From NCBI GenBank assembly GCA_002269645.1, contig NIVC01002211.1:62001-126000 (forward strand): a stretch of DNA of 64,000 nucleotides. Direction: 5' to 3'. This DNA comes from Macrostomum lignano. Taxonomy: Eukaryota. Below, piece by piece: positions 18,928 through 61,949 of the stretch. Each line of letters starts with the position of its first letter. Position 1 is the stretch's first letter. The notes beneath the pieces were generated by a model that saw only the letters and a program-made list of their open reading frames with translations, was not told the origin of the DNA and ran no database searches. The position numbers were made by a program, and so were the translations under genes.

Positions 18928-21463
18928 GGTTTAATTTGTAGAGAACTTTGACATGCATTAATAAAAGAAGAAATTTAGATTAATAAATAATAATTAAATA
19001 ATTAACAAAACCCATTATCTAGTACCTTTTCAACTTCAGTAATAAAAAGAAGCTGAAAATATGATGCTACGATTGCAAGAAGGGTATGACCAATATATTA
19101 AATACAACAAAGCCATGGGTATATACTATAGGTCTTAGTTAAGTATAGCCTAACTTCAAACTGATATCATTCATGCTATGTAGAAACTTACTAATAAAAG
19201 AAAAAAAGGATTTTAATCTTTTAATATTACTATGCTTTAGGCAAAACATTATTGAACTATTCTTTTAAATGACTCTAAAGCTAAGCCTATTAATAATTAA
19301 TAGCAATAAAATAATTTTGACCTTAGCTTTTTTATTGTAATAAAAAATATCTTTTTAGGCCTATTCTATCTATTAAGGGAATATACAACTATAATTTGTT
19401 TAATATTAAATAATCCACTAGGCTAGGGTCTAATCATTTTATAAAACCAACTAATACAATCTTATTAAAGCCTAAATAACTTGGTTAAAACCAATGGCTA
19501 GCAAATGACTAAGCTTATTACTAGAACAATGAAATGCCATGCAAATTTAATCTATTAGTGAGTGTTGTATTTAGTTGTCATAATAGAAAAATATGATATA
19601 AAATAGGTAGATAATAAAGATTTTGTTTCTTAAAATTAATTCTAACTGTTTTATAAAAAACTAAAACCTGAAAAAAGAATATATGGCCTAGGGCCTATGC
19701 TTTTTAGAAATTTAGCTAGTTGAATCTATTTTGAATAGGCCTAGAATGATACATATATATCCTTCCAATTAGACCAGATCAAAATGCTTCTTGATATAGG
19801 CCTACACGTTTGATGCTTGTAATATGTACACAGTACATACACCCAAACCAAAGACAAAGTGGCATTTAAGGCTTAAGCATAAACGCATGAATAGAATATG
19901 TTTTGGCATAACAGTCATCACATTATAGTAGACCTAAACAAAATAAAATATTACGTAGTATTTTTATTAAATTATAAAATACGGGAGTGAAGTTTAACAG
20001 CATAGCTGATGGCTGTAAGTCTAATAATAGGCCTAAATGAGTGCTTAAAAGTTAAAACTTGATATAATATGTGAAAAATTTATGCAAATTAAGGTATTTT
20101 CCAGTAACTAAAGCAGTTCTTATTTGGCAATGAGACGTAGCGATATGATTTGGTCATCATGGTGCCGACTTGTGAAAGAACGTGTGAAGTCACTGCATGA
20201 GTAGTAGTAGTAGTATTGTAGTAAGAGAATTTGGCTCAGGCCAGTGTGATGAACCCTTAAATTTTTGCTGATTAGCAAAATTTAAACGTGGGAGCAATTC
20301 GCAAAAACAAAGTAAATAAATTTGAAACATATAAGATACTTTTTAGGAGTTTTTGTTTAAAGAAAATTATAAAATTATATTTGTATGTATAGGCCTATTT
20401 TTCGGACATTAAAATTTTTCAGTTGTTTTTTTGCTTTTGTTTACACTGTCGACGACATCGTGGACATTCAAGAAGGCATACTTAATGATTTTTTAGATCT
20501 TTTTTGTCATGCTGGTCGTGAGGACGTGAGTTCGATCATTGATGAAGGCTGGCAAAAAATTACCTTAAGCCAAGGTGCTCAGCAAAGGCGAAAAAACGGT
20601 GACAATTAACACAACCCAAAAATACCTAGGTAACTACCATACAATTCTTAGTTGAATACAATGGGTTCCCCGAATTAGAGCCGAATACAATTAGTCTAGA
20701 TAGAATGACATGCATGGCGTAAAAAGTATGAATATGAAATTAAGTTTCAATACCTAATTCTAACCAAATGTAGCCTTGATTGTGTGATTAACACGCAAAA
20801 GTAATCAATTGTTTTGTGTGGGCAAGTAGTTTTACTTCAGCTACTTGTTGCTAAAATATAGAAACATATAACATGGAACTAAGGAAGTCTAGAAATTTTA
20901 TACCTTAAACAATTTGTACAGAAGTCGTTAGAAATTTTTATTATAACTTTATTACAATGCTATAAAAACAGCATGTTGAGTGCATTTACAAACATTCCTT
21001 TCCACAAAAGTAATGCACAAGCCAAAAACATCTCTCTAACTTAATAAATTATCAAAGAACCAATACGCCCGTATAGTAACCAATATTGACTACTCCCCTG
21101 AAAGTATATAATTTCATAAATTTAAATGACTTTGTGATTAATGGCTATGCTTTCTATTTTGATTTAAATTTCTTGAATATTAAATTCAGCTACTTGTGCA
21201 CTAAGGCAAGCATGCTTTCCCTGCCATCATTTGTTATTTTACAAAGGTTAAGGCTAGTCATAGCTAAGCATAGGATAAATAATAGATATCTATTTCTGTA
21301 CAATGAATCTCCACGAACTGCAATTTTTTGTAGAAGAGTAATTATTACTCAATATTTGGTGTCGCACTCAGTAAATTTCTGGTTTAATTAATAAACTAAA
21401 ATGCGAATTTCAGATTCTTCAGTGATAGCCAGCTGATTAACAAGTCCAACCTATACTTTAGCA

Positions 21464-22819
21464 ATGTCTTCACCATTCATCCCGTGCTTGCTCGATCTGC
21501 AAAAGCACTTATCCGACAAGGAGTTTATCTGCGACTGGAAGCTGCACACCTGCCTGCCGGCGCCACAGTCCGCCATCGCCGACTGGGAGAATCGCAACTG
21601 CTGCCAGCTGCCGCCAGATCTGAAGACATTCTACCACACCTCCGACGGAGTGCACTTCAGCTACAGCGCCAAGTGCGGCGAAATCAAGTCGAAAATCGGC
21701 AACTTTCGCGTCAACTCGCTAGACAATCTCAGGCCCATTGTCGGCGGCCACTGCGATCTCGGCCAGGAGCGACCGTCTCTGGCCGACGTCGACGCCGATT
21801 TTGACGCAGCCGGCGTGTCGCTGACTTCGGCCACCCGTGGCAACTGTCGAATATTTGAACTGGAGACGCTGGACTGGCCGGGGCATGTCTGCTTGGTCCT
21901 GCACGCTGGCAACAGGGCGGGTGTCTACCTGCTGGACAGGGCCATGCGATTCCACCTGCTGGCCAACTGCTTCCAGGTATGACTTTGACAGCCTGTCTCA
22001 TACCGTTACTGATAAGTTGCCATGTGGACCAGTTCCTCCTCAGCAACCGCCCCAATCCCGCAGGACCAGTTCCTCAGCAACCGCCCCAATCCCGCAGGAC
22101 CAGTGCCTCAGCAACCGCCCCAATCCCGCAGGACCAGTGCCTCAGCAACCGCCCCAATCCCGCAGGACCAGTTCCTCAGCAACCGCCCCAATCCCGCAGG
22201 ACCAGTTCCTCAGCAACCGCCCCAATCCCACAGGACCAGTTCCTCAGCAACCGCCCCAATCCCGCAGGACCAGTTCCTCAGCAACCGCCCCAATCCCGCA
22301 AGACCAGTGCCTTAGCAACCGCCCCAATCCCGCAAGACCAGTTCCTCAGCAACCGCCCCAATCCCGCAGGATTATTACACGCTGGCCCTGGCGCACCGCG
22401 GCCTCCTCCAATGGCAGCTCTGCCTGACTGACATCGGCCCGACGCCAGGCGCTCGCGAATGGCTCAGTCTGCTGGCGCCGCTGAGACTCCAACTGGACAG
22501 CGAGGTCGATTGGGATGACAGCAATTTGCTTTTAGGAGTAGCCGATTTGCCATCGGGATTCGAGCAACAGCAGCAACAACAACAATCGATCTCAAACGTC
22601 GAGTGCGGCTTCGATCGGGAGCGCGTGTTTCGCGGAAAGCCGGCTTCCTCCGCAGCGGCGCCGGCTGGAGGCGCCGGCGGTGCAGGGGAGAAAAAGCGGG
22701 GTGGCGGCGGCGGCGGCGGCCGTGGCGGCACAGCGGCTCCGAGCCCCGGTGTGCGCCGGTTCGCCTCGACCACCAAGGCGGCCATGGCGAAGTCGGCCGC
22801 TCCGATGGGCAAAAAATGA
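21464..22819 (+). CDS. TPGS2: Tubulin polyglutamylase complex subunit 2, about 320 aa
   Basis: Exons 21464-21976 and 22370-22819 (phase 0; CAG|GTATGA, cccgcag|GAT). WENRNCCQLPPDLKTFY..SDG, PSLADVD, IFELE..G.VCLV, LLDRAMRFHLLANCFQ|DYYTL...HRGL.QWQ and FDRERVFRGK parallel the human TPGS2 sequence. Confidence 0.9.
22027..22369 (+). repeat. 34-bp minisatellite x10 that includes the TPGS2 3' splice site
   Basis: Unit ACCAGTTCCTCAGCAACCGCCCCAATCCCGCAGG; the last copy supplies the acceptor. Confidence 0.95.
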
Positions 22820-24089
22820 TCGGGGGAAATGGATTGCTAGTCTGCTGTGCAGTTCGATCCAACACTTAATTTCTTGATAACAGCCCACTAAACTTCACTG
22901 CATTTAAAATATAGCTTTCGCAATTGTTCTATCAAGAATTTGCCAGTTGAATTTTATGCTATGATATATTTTATATCCTGTTGATACATCAGAATTGTAT
23001 AACAGGACGTAAAACTCTAAGATCGCGTAATTTTTTAGGAGGCCAATTTCCTGGAAAAAATACACAATTCAACCAAAAAAACGAAAATTTCACTTGTGAG
23101 TATTTCTAACTTTGGCTTGGACTTATGAAATAAAAAACAACACGATAAGGAAAATGAAACTACATAACTATATAAAATACATCAGACAAACGTGTTGTGC
23201 ATGCTAAATTAAATATTTATTTCTAGAAATTTCCCCCTAGAGGACAAATTAAATTCTAGAAAGTTCTCTTACAGTAACTAATTAAAATACTCGCATTTAT
23301 AAATATTCAATGTACAATTTATTACAGTAAGGCAGTACTAAAATTAATTCAAATCTAATAGGAATCAATAATTAATACTTGTTTTGTTATAATGCTTAGA
23401 ATGTTCTAGAAGTTTCCGGCGATGGCTATAAATAAACGGTGCCAACCGCGAATAATCTTTACTTCTCCTTACTTCTTACTCCGCTGTCTTTTAACCAAAT
23501 AAAATAAGAATCATCGCCTAGCTCTTTTCCTTTCCTTAATTTACATTAAATTCTTACACAATCATTGATTTTGTGAAGAAAGAAATGATGTTTTACTATC
23601 TCCGCAGTGTATTTATTTTCTAATTAAGAATTATTTCTATATAAGAACGATTAATGATTCAGAAATGATTAATGAATTTTAGTAAAATGCGTTTAAATCC
23701 GCATCCGGCGCGTTAAAAGAAATTTCAACTGTGAAATAACAAATTTATTTAATGAGAAAAAAGAATGAAAAAATACATTTTAGTAAGTAATCTTCATTAA
23801 CTGTCAGGGTATATAAGGTGTGAACAGCTTATTCAAGAAAGCCTTCAGTTCCAGGCTACGATCGAGGGTCCAGCATAGAAATTTGAATTTAGCGCAAAAA
23901 ATCGTAGGGAAATAGAAAACTGCGAAAAAATGTGTCAATTTTGTTATTTTCAACTGGAGCAAAGTAATGAGTAAGTCCCAGTTTGTCAATAATTTTATTT
24001 CGGAATGAGGGAGCATAAAATATTATAACTGCTTAAAAAATTAACTTCTTCCGATACATGTAGTATATTGGATACAGCATCCTGTCCAT

Positions 24090-24330
24090 TCATGTACTCA
24101 CTTGTGTACTCACTCATAACTCACTCACAACTCACTCATGAACTCACTCATGAACTAAATCATGACTCAGTCATGAACTCATTTATGATTCACTCATGAC
24201 TCACTCATAAAATCACTCTAGAACTCAGTCACTCGGACTCACGCATACTTATGATCTTACTCACGAACTCACTCATTAACTCACTCATGAACTCAACATG
24301 AACTTTGTCAGCCCGAACTCATAAGGGCTC
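24090..24330. repeat. Degenerate ACTCACTCATGA-type repeat
   Basis: Repeated actca/tcatga cores. Confidence 0.75.
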
Positions 24331-24823
24331 AACTCACTATAAATATTCAACTTCAGTTCAACACTCGTGCACTCTTTCCATTAGCACCAAGTCGAATTAT
24401 TATAAACCGAGCGAATTAAGCAAACAAAGAGAAAAAGCTGAGTTCGCTCTCGGATGCTTAAGTCCTAGAGAAAATTTAGTTTCGGTGATGAGGTCTCCAG
24501 TAATTGGTGGAAAATATAAAAAATATCAGTACTGGGCTACTGACAGTGCAATGCTCAACTAGAATAGAAAATACTGGGGGTCCGCGCCAAGTTCGGCAAC
24601 TCAGGAGCTCAAAGAGATTCTATTATTTTTCTGCAGACAAAAATATTTGAATCAATCATTTCTCATGGTTACAAAATATGCACTAGTTTAAATATTCGTT
24701 AGTACTACTGAAATTACATCGGCTTGTGAGTAGCATGCATAGACTATAATAGTAGATAAACAATCAATTACTATAATGGTTGATGAGGGCTTGAATTACT
24801 AATAATAAACTTGTCGGTAGTTA

Positions 24824-55455
<30,632 letters not shown>

Positions 55456-56389
55456 CGCTGCAGCTGCCGACTGCTGCTCACTTCCTGCTTGAGTTGAGCC
55501 GCGACAATTATCTCAACTGGCCGGCCGACCATCCGGGGCGGCTTGGTTTTCAACCAGTGGCCAGAGATCGCTGGCCTGCGTCCCCCTCTCTCTCTCTCTC
55601 CACCGTCAGCCTCGCAGGTCGAGCTCCTCGCCCATTCGAATTAAAAAACCAACGAAATGAAGTTTTTTCAAATTCGAAACTACGCGAACGAAGATTAGAT
55701 AGATACCGGGGGGGGGGGGTGGTTGGCGGCTGCAGTTTGATAGATCCTGGAGACCAGCGCTGGGACGAGCTTCGAGTCCCTGCTAGGGGGGGGGATGGGT
55801 TGCTGTGGTGTGGGGAGAAAGCGATGCCAAAGTTTTAGCGAGAGAGCAGAGCGGAGCAGCCCCCGGTTTGGAAGAAGAACTCCAACGAATGCTAAGAGAA
55901 GTTTCTGGCCCTGGGGTGGGCCGACCCGCAGCTTTTAGCATAGGGTTCCGCCCGGCTACCCACCCACCCCCAGCTATCCCCCCGCTTTTGTGAGGCTCCA
56001 CGTGTGCCCGCGCCTCTCAGACGCTGAAAAGTCCTCCCAATATTTCCTTCTTTTCCAACCCAACCCCAATCCTTCGCCTTTCTCTTTTCCATCTCTCAGG
56101 ACATCTCATTCGCGCATTGTAGAGTACATTTTGGTTGCCCCTGTCTCACTCTCCCCTCCTTCCATGGCTGAAACCAAAGCGCGACCCAGCACCCACCCCA
56201 TCTGTGTGTTTTCCCCGTTCTGCTATCCAGCCACGAGGGACGGGAGGCACAGAGCTGGGGGACCTGATGGGAGCCAGGGGAGGAGGCCAGCACGCATTTA
56301 TCAATAGAGCGATTTAAGTGGGCAGCTGGCTGGGCGATAATCTGCGGCTGGCTCTGAAATATGAGAACTTAACTGGGTGGATCTCACTG

Positions 56390-57200
56390 TCTATCTCCCT
56401 GTCTGACTCTCTCCCTGCCTGACTCTCCCTGTCTGACTCTCTCACTGTCTGACTCTCTCACTGCCTGACTCTCTCACTGTCTGAGTCTCTCCCTGTCTGA
56501 CTCTCTCCCTGTCTCACTCTCTCCCTGCCTGACTCTCCCTGTCTGACTCTCCCTGTCTCACTCTCTCCCTGTCTGACTCTCTCACTGTCTGACTCTCTCA
56601 CTGCCTGACTCTCTCACTGTCTGAGTCTCTCCCTGTCTGACTCTCTCCCTGTCTGACTCTCTCCCTGTCTGACTCTCTCCCTGTCTGACTCTCTCCCTGT
56701 CTGACTCTTTCACTGCCTGACTCTCCCTGTCTGACTCTCCCTGTCTCACTCTCTCCCTGTCTGACTCTTTCACTGCCTGACTCTCTCACTGCCTGACTCT
56801 CTCACTGTCTGAGTCTCTCCCTGTCTGACTCTCTCCCTGTCTGACTCTCTCCCTATCTGACTCTCTCCCTGTCTGACTCTCTCCCGGTCTCACTCTCTCC
56901 CTGCCTGACTCTCCCTGTCTGACTCTCTCCCTGTCTGACTCTCTCACTGTCTGACTCTCTCACTGCCTGACTCTCTCACTGTCTGACTCTCTCCCTGTCT
57001 GACTCTTTCACTGCCTGACTCTCTCACTGTCTGACTCTCTCCCTGTCCGACTCTCTCCTTGTCTGACTCTCTCACTGTCTGACTCTCTCACGGTCTGACT
57101 CTCTCACTGCCTGACTCTCTCACTGTCTGAGTCTCTCCCTGTCTGACTCTCTCCCTGTCTGACTCTTTCACTGCCTTACTTTCTCACCTTCTGATTCTCT
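56390..57200. repeat. ~17-bp CT-rich minisatellite (CTGTCTGACTCTCTCCC)n
   Basis: Tandem unit read directly. Confidence 0.95.
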
Positions 57201-57519
57201 CACTTTCTGGCTCTCTAATTTTCTGACACTCAGTCTCTCCCAGCCGTCGCCACCCCTGTCCACCCCCATCTCGCCGCCATCCAGGCCGCCTCATTTTGCG
57301 CTGCCCCACGTCCTAGCAACAAAAACAGCAGTAGCAGCAGCAGCAGCCGCAGCACATTCTGCCATTAGCTGTGGCCAAGGAACCGCTACGCCTGCCGGAC
57401 GAGCGGAAGCGAAGCGCCAACCCCATGTCTATTGCTACTTATATGCTAATGCGATAGTTTACCACAGAATGGTGGCTGGCTGTTAGAGTATGTTTATAAT
57501 TTCAGCTAACTCACTGCCT

Positions 57520-57805
57520 CTCACCCTCTGTTGCACACCGTCTCTCTCTCTCTCTCACTCCGTCTCTCCCTCTCTCCCACTCCGTCTCTCCCTCTCTCCC
57601 ACTCCGTCTCTCCCTCTCTCCCACTCCGTCTCTCCCTCTCTCTCACTCCGTCTCTCCCTCTCTCTCACTCCGTCTCTCCCTCTCTCTCACTCCGTCTCTC
57701 CCTCTCTCTCACTCCGTCTCTCCCTCTCTCCCACTCCGTCTCTCCCTCTCTCCCACTCCGTCTCTCCCTCTCTCTCACTCCGTCTCTCCCTCTCACTCCG
57801 TCTCT

Positions 57806-57836
<31 letters not shown>

Positions 57837-58103
57837 CCACTCCGTCTCTCCCTCTCTCCCACTCCGTCTCTCCCTCTCTCCCACTCCGTCTCTCCCTCTC
57901 TCTCACTCCGTCTCTCCCTCTCTCTCACTCCGTCTCTCCCTCTCTCTCACTCCGTCTCTCCCTCTCTCTCACTCCGTCTCTCCCTCTCTCACTCCGTCTC
58001 TCTCTCTCCCACTACGTCTCTCCCTCTCTCCCACTCCGTCTCTCCCTCTCCCTCACTCCGTCTCTCCTCTCTCACTCCGTCTCTCCTCTCTCACTCCGTC
58101 TCT

Positions 58104-58157
<54 letters not shown>

Positions 58158-58169
58158 CTCCCTCTCTCT

Positions 58170-58260
<91 letters not shown>

Positions 58261-58310
58261 TCTCTCTAACTCCGTCTCTCCTCTCTCACTCCGTCTCTCT
58301 CACTCCATCT
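57520..58310. repeat. 22-24 bp CTCCGTCTCTCCCTCTCT repeat merging into (CT)n
   Basis: Read directly. Confidence 0.95.
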
Positions 58311-58598
58311 CTTGTTCTCCCTCCCGCTCCCTTCACCGGCAGCTATCCTTTTAGCCAGTCAGAAAGACTCCCAGCAAGCACCCGGAGGCTAGATCATCAA
58401 TTATTGCCAGCCAAACTACTACTGGGTAATCGAAACGGGAGATAAACAGAAATAATGACAGCCACCGTGCATCCTGAGCAAGGACAGGTTGCTCTGCGAG
58501 GACAGCGATCGAAGTTCTCTCGGCTCCTTCTTTCAGTTTTGCTTTTGGCTTTCCCCAGCTGCAAAACTGTTCTTATCTTGGCTCCTATCCGCTGCTTC

Positions 58599-58771
<173 letters not shown>

Positions 58772-59034
58772 CACAACACATCTCACCGCTTCAACCAATA
58801 GATATGTAGGTCAGCCGCACTTCAATTTCGTTCAAGTCGCTCTTGCGCCGCACTCAAAACTCTGGCAGCATATTGTTTTATTTGGCAAGCGCGTTCTTCA
58901 GAAAAAAGCCGCAGTTTGCTAAACTCCGAATTTGGTTGTACTTTTCCTGTCTGAAATTAACAATTCCGATTCGTAGACTGCGGAAAAACTTGAGTCAGGT
59001 GTATTTTTAAACTGCGTGCAGCAATTATCGATTC

Positions 59035-59512
59035 AGCCTCTATAAGCTCCACTCCAGCCTCTACAAGCTCCACTCCAGCCTCTATAAGCTCCACTCCAGC
59101 CTCTACAAGCTCCACTCCAGCCTCTATAAGCTCCACTCCAGCCTCTATAAGCTCCACTCCAGCCTCTATAAGCTCCACTCCAGCCTCTACAAGCTCCACT
59201 CCAGCCTCTATAAGCTCCACTCCAGCCTCTATAAGCTCCACTCCAGCCTCTATAAGCTCCACTCCAGCCTCTATAAGCTCCACTCCAGCCTCTATAAGCT
59301 CCACTCCAGCCTCTATAAGCTCCACTCCAGCCTCTATAAGCTCCACTCCAGCCTCTATAAGCTCCACTCCAGCCTCTATAAGCTCCACTCCAGCCTCTAT
59401 AAGCTCCACTCCAGCCTCTACAAGCTCCACTCCAGCCTCTATAAGCTCCACTCCAGCCTCTATAAGCTCCACTCCAGCCTCTATAAGCTCCACTCCAGCC
59501 TCTATAAGCTCG
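59035..59512. repeat. 21-bp minisatellite (CTCCACTCCAGCCTCTATAAG)n
   Basis: Tandem unit read directly. Confidence 0.96.
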
Positions 59513-60159
59513 ACTTTGCCATTTACTCGTAGAAACTTCTTAGTAGAGTTTTGCCACGAAGGCGATAAATTCAACGCCATGCTTTGACAGGCAGACATTC
59601 CTGCAGCTGAACTTCGTCGATGAAGAGTGATGAGACTTAAAACAGACTCAATCTCCGACACAACCGTACCGACCACTTACTCACTCAGTAGAAGCGGGCT
59701 CGAATAGCGCCATCTTATGGTGAAACAAACAGAATATATATGTCTATTTGATTGGTGAGGGAGAGAGGAAGAGAAGCCAGAACTCAGCGCTGGATCGTGG
59801 AGGACTTGTAAAGACATATCTCTCTAGCATATCTTATTAAACTGCATGTAATACTACGAGCGTATAATAAAGTCTGTATGGAGGAGCAACCTACATGTAT
59901 ACGCAGGCTATAAATCATGGAGTGTACTAGCCTTAATTCTACCTACATAGCCTGAGGGTTCCGCAGCGAGAATCCGCCCCTACAGTACATGCAGTCAACA
60001 TATTTATTCCAGAATTATGAATATTTATTAAATTACTAATATCAATCCGTCAGATAAGAATAGGCCCTATTAGCAAACGAATATATAAAAAAAATTATTC
60101 GGTCTAAACTTATCAAACTATCAGGGATCGAACCCACGGAATCCAATAGCCTACAGATC

Positions 60160-61550
60160 TAGAATTCAACAGTCTATAGATCTAGGATCAAAAAGTCTAT
60201 AGATCTAGGATCCAACAGTCTATAGATCTAGGATCAAAAAGTCTATACATCTAGGATCCAACAGTCTATAGATCTAGGATCAAAAAGTCTATACATCTAG
60301 GATCCAACAGTCTATAGATCTAGGATCAAAAAGTCTATAGATCTAGGATCCAATAGTCTATAGATCTAGGATCCAATAGTCTATAGATCTAGGATCCAAC
60401 AGTCTATAGATCTAGGATCCAACAGTCTATAGATCTAGACTTCAACAGTCTATAGATCTACGATCCAACAGTCTATAGATCTAGGATCCAACAGTCCATA
60501 TATCTATAATCCAACCCATAGATCTAGAACCCAGCAAACATATCTAGAACCCAGCAAACAGATCTAGAACCCAGCTCATAGATCTAGAACCCAGCCCATA
60601 GATCTAGAACCCAGCCCATAGATCTAGAACCCAGCCCATAGATCTAGAACCCCGCCCATAGATCTAGAACACAGCCCATAGATCTAAAACCCAGCAAACA
60701 GATCTAGAACCCCGCCCATAGATCTAGAACCCAGCCTATAGATCTAGAACCCAGCTCATAGATCTAGAACACAGCCCATAGATCTAGAACCCAGCCCATA
60801 GATCTAGAACCCAGCTCATAGATCTAGAACCCAGCTCATAGATCTAGAACCCCGCCCATAGATCTAGAACCCAGCCCATAGATCTAGAACCCAGCCCATA
60901 GATCTAGAACACAGCCCATAGATCTAGAACCCAGCCCATAGATCTAGAACCCAGCTCATAGATCTAGAACCCAGCTCATAGATCTAGAACCCTGCCCATA
61001 GATCTAGAACTCAGCCCATAGATCTAGAACCCAGCCCATAGATCTAGAACCTAGCCCATAGATCTAGAACCCAGCCCATCAATCTAGAACCCAGCCCATA
61101 GATTTAGAACCCAGCCCATAGATCTAGAACCCTGCCCATAGATCTAGAACCCAGCTCATAGATCTAGAACCCAGCTCATATATCTAGAACCCAGCTCATA
61201 GATTTAGAACCCAGCCCATATATCTAGAACCCAGCCCATAAATCTAGAACCCAGCCTATAGATCTAGAACCCAGCCCATAAATATAGAACCCAGCCTATA
61301 GATCTAGAACCCAGCCCATCAATCTAGAACCCAGCCTATAGATCTAGAACCCAGCCCATAGATCTAGAACCCAGCCCATAGATCTAGAACCCAGCCCATA
61401 GATCTAGAACCCAGCCTATAGATCTAGAACCCAGCCCATAAATCTAGAACCCAGCCTATAGATCTAGAACCCAGCCCATAAATCTAGAACCCAGCCCATA
61501 GATCTAGAACCCAGCCCATAGATCTAAAACCCAGCCCATAGATCTAGATT
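60160..61550. repeat. Compound minisatellite: 23-bp (ATAGATCTAGGATCCAACAGTCT) then 20-bp (ATAGATCTAGAACCCAGCCC)
   Basis: Unit switches near 60500-60540. Confidence 0.96.
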
Positions 61551-61949
61551 CTACCCAAGCGCCAAAGCTATCCCTGTTGAACATCAGTGTGAAATTCAGC
61601 CATGCACTTCACACAGCTCCGATAAGCTCGTTGGCACACAACTGACCAGCCAAGTCAAAATCTATGGGATAATTTAATTACTCAGAACTGTCTGCCAAGC
61701 TCAATATGGCTAAAACTTTTCTTTCGAGCTCAGTAAAGGAGGACGGACTCAATTATGTAATTGCACGGTCTGAAGCAGGGCTGAGACTGCAGCAGCGAAG
61801 CGTTCAGTAGCTATCTTCGAAGTTCCCACTGTCTGCGAAATATCCATCTTGCGAGTCTAAAATCCTGCTGTCGTGTGTGTTCTATAAAATCTAGGAATGC
61901 GTATGTACTTTTAAACTTTTCCGGTTCGAATATCTGCACTGAGCAGAGA

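Noticed and set aside
20385-20609. 74-aa plus-strand ORF upstream of TPGS2
   Set aside because: No recognisable domain or convincing splice link to TPGS2, which has its own ATG.
24485-24545. GTGATGA...CTGA as a C/D snoRNA
   Set aside because: No terminal stem, no recognisable guide sequence, and not intronic.
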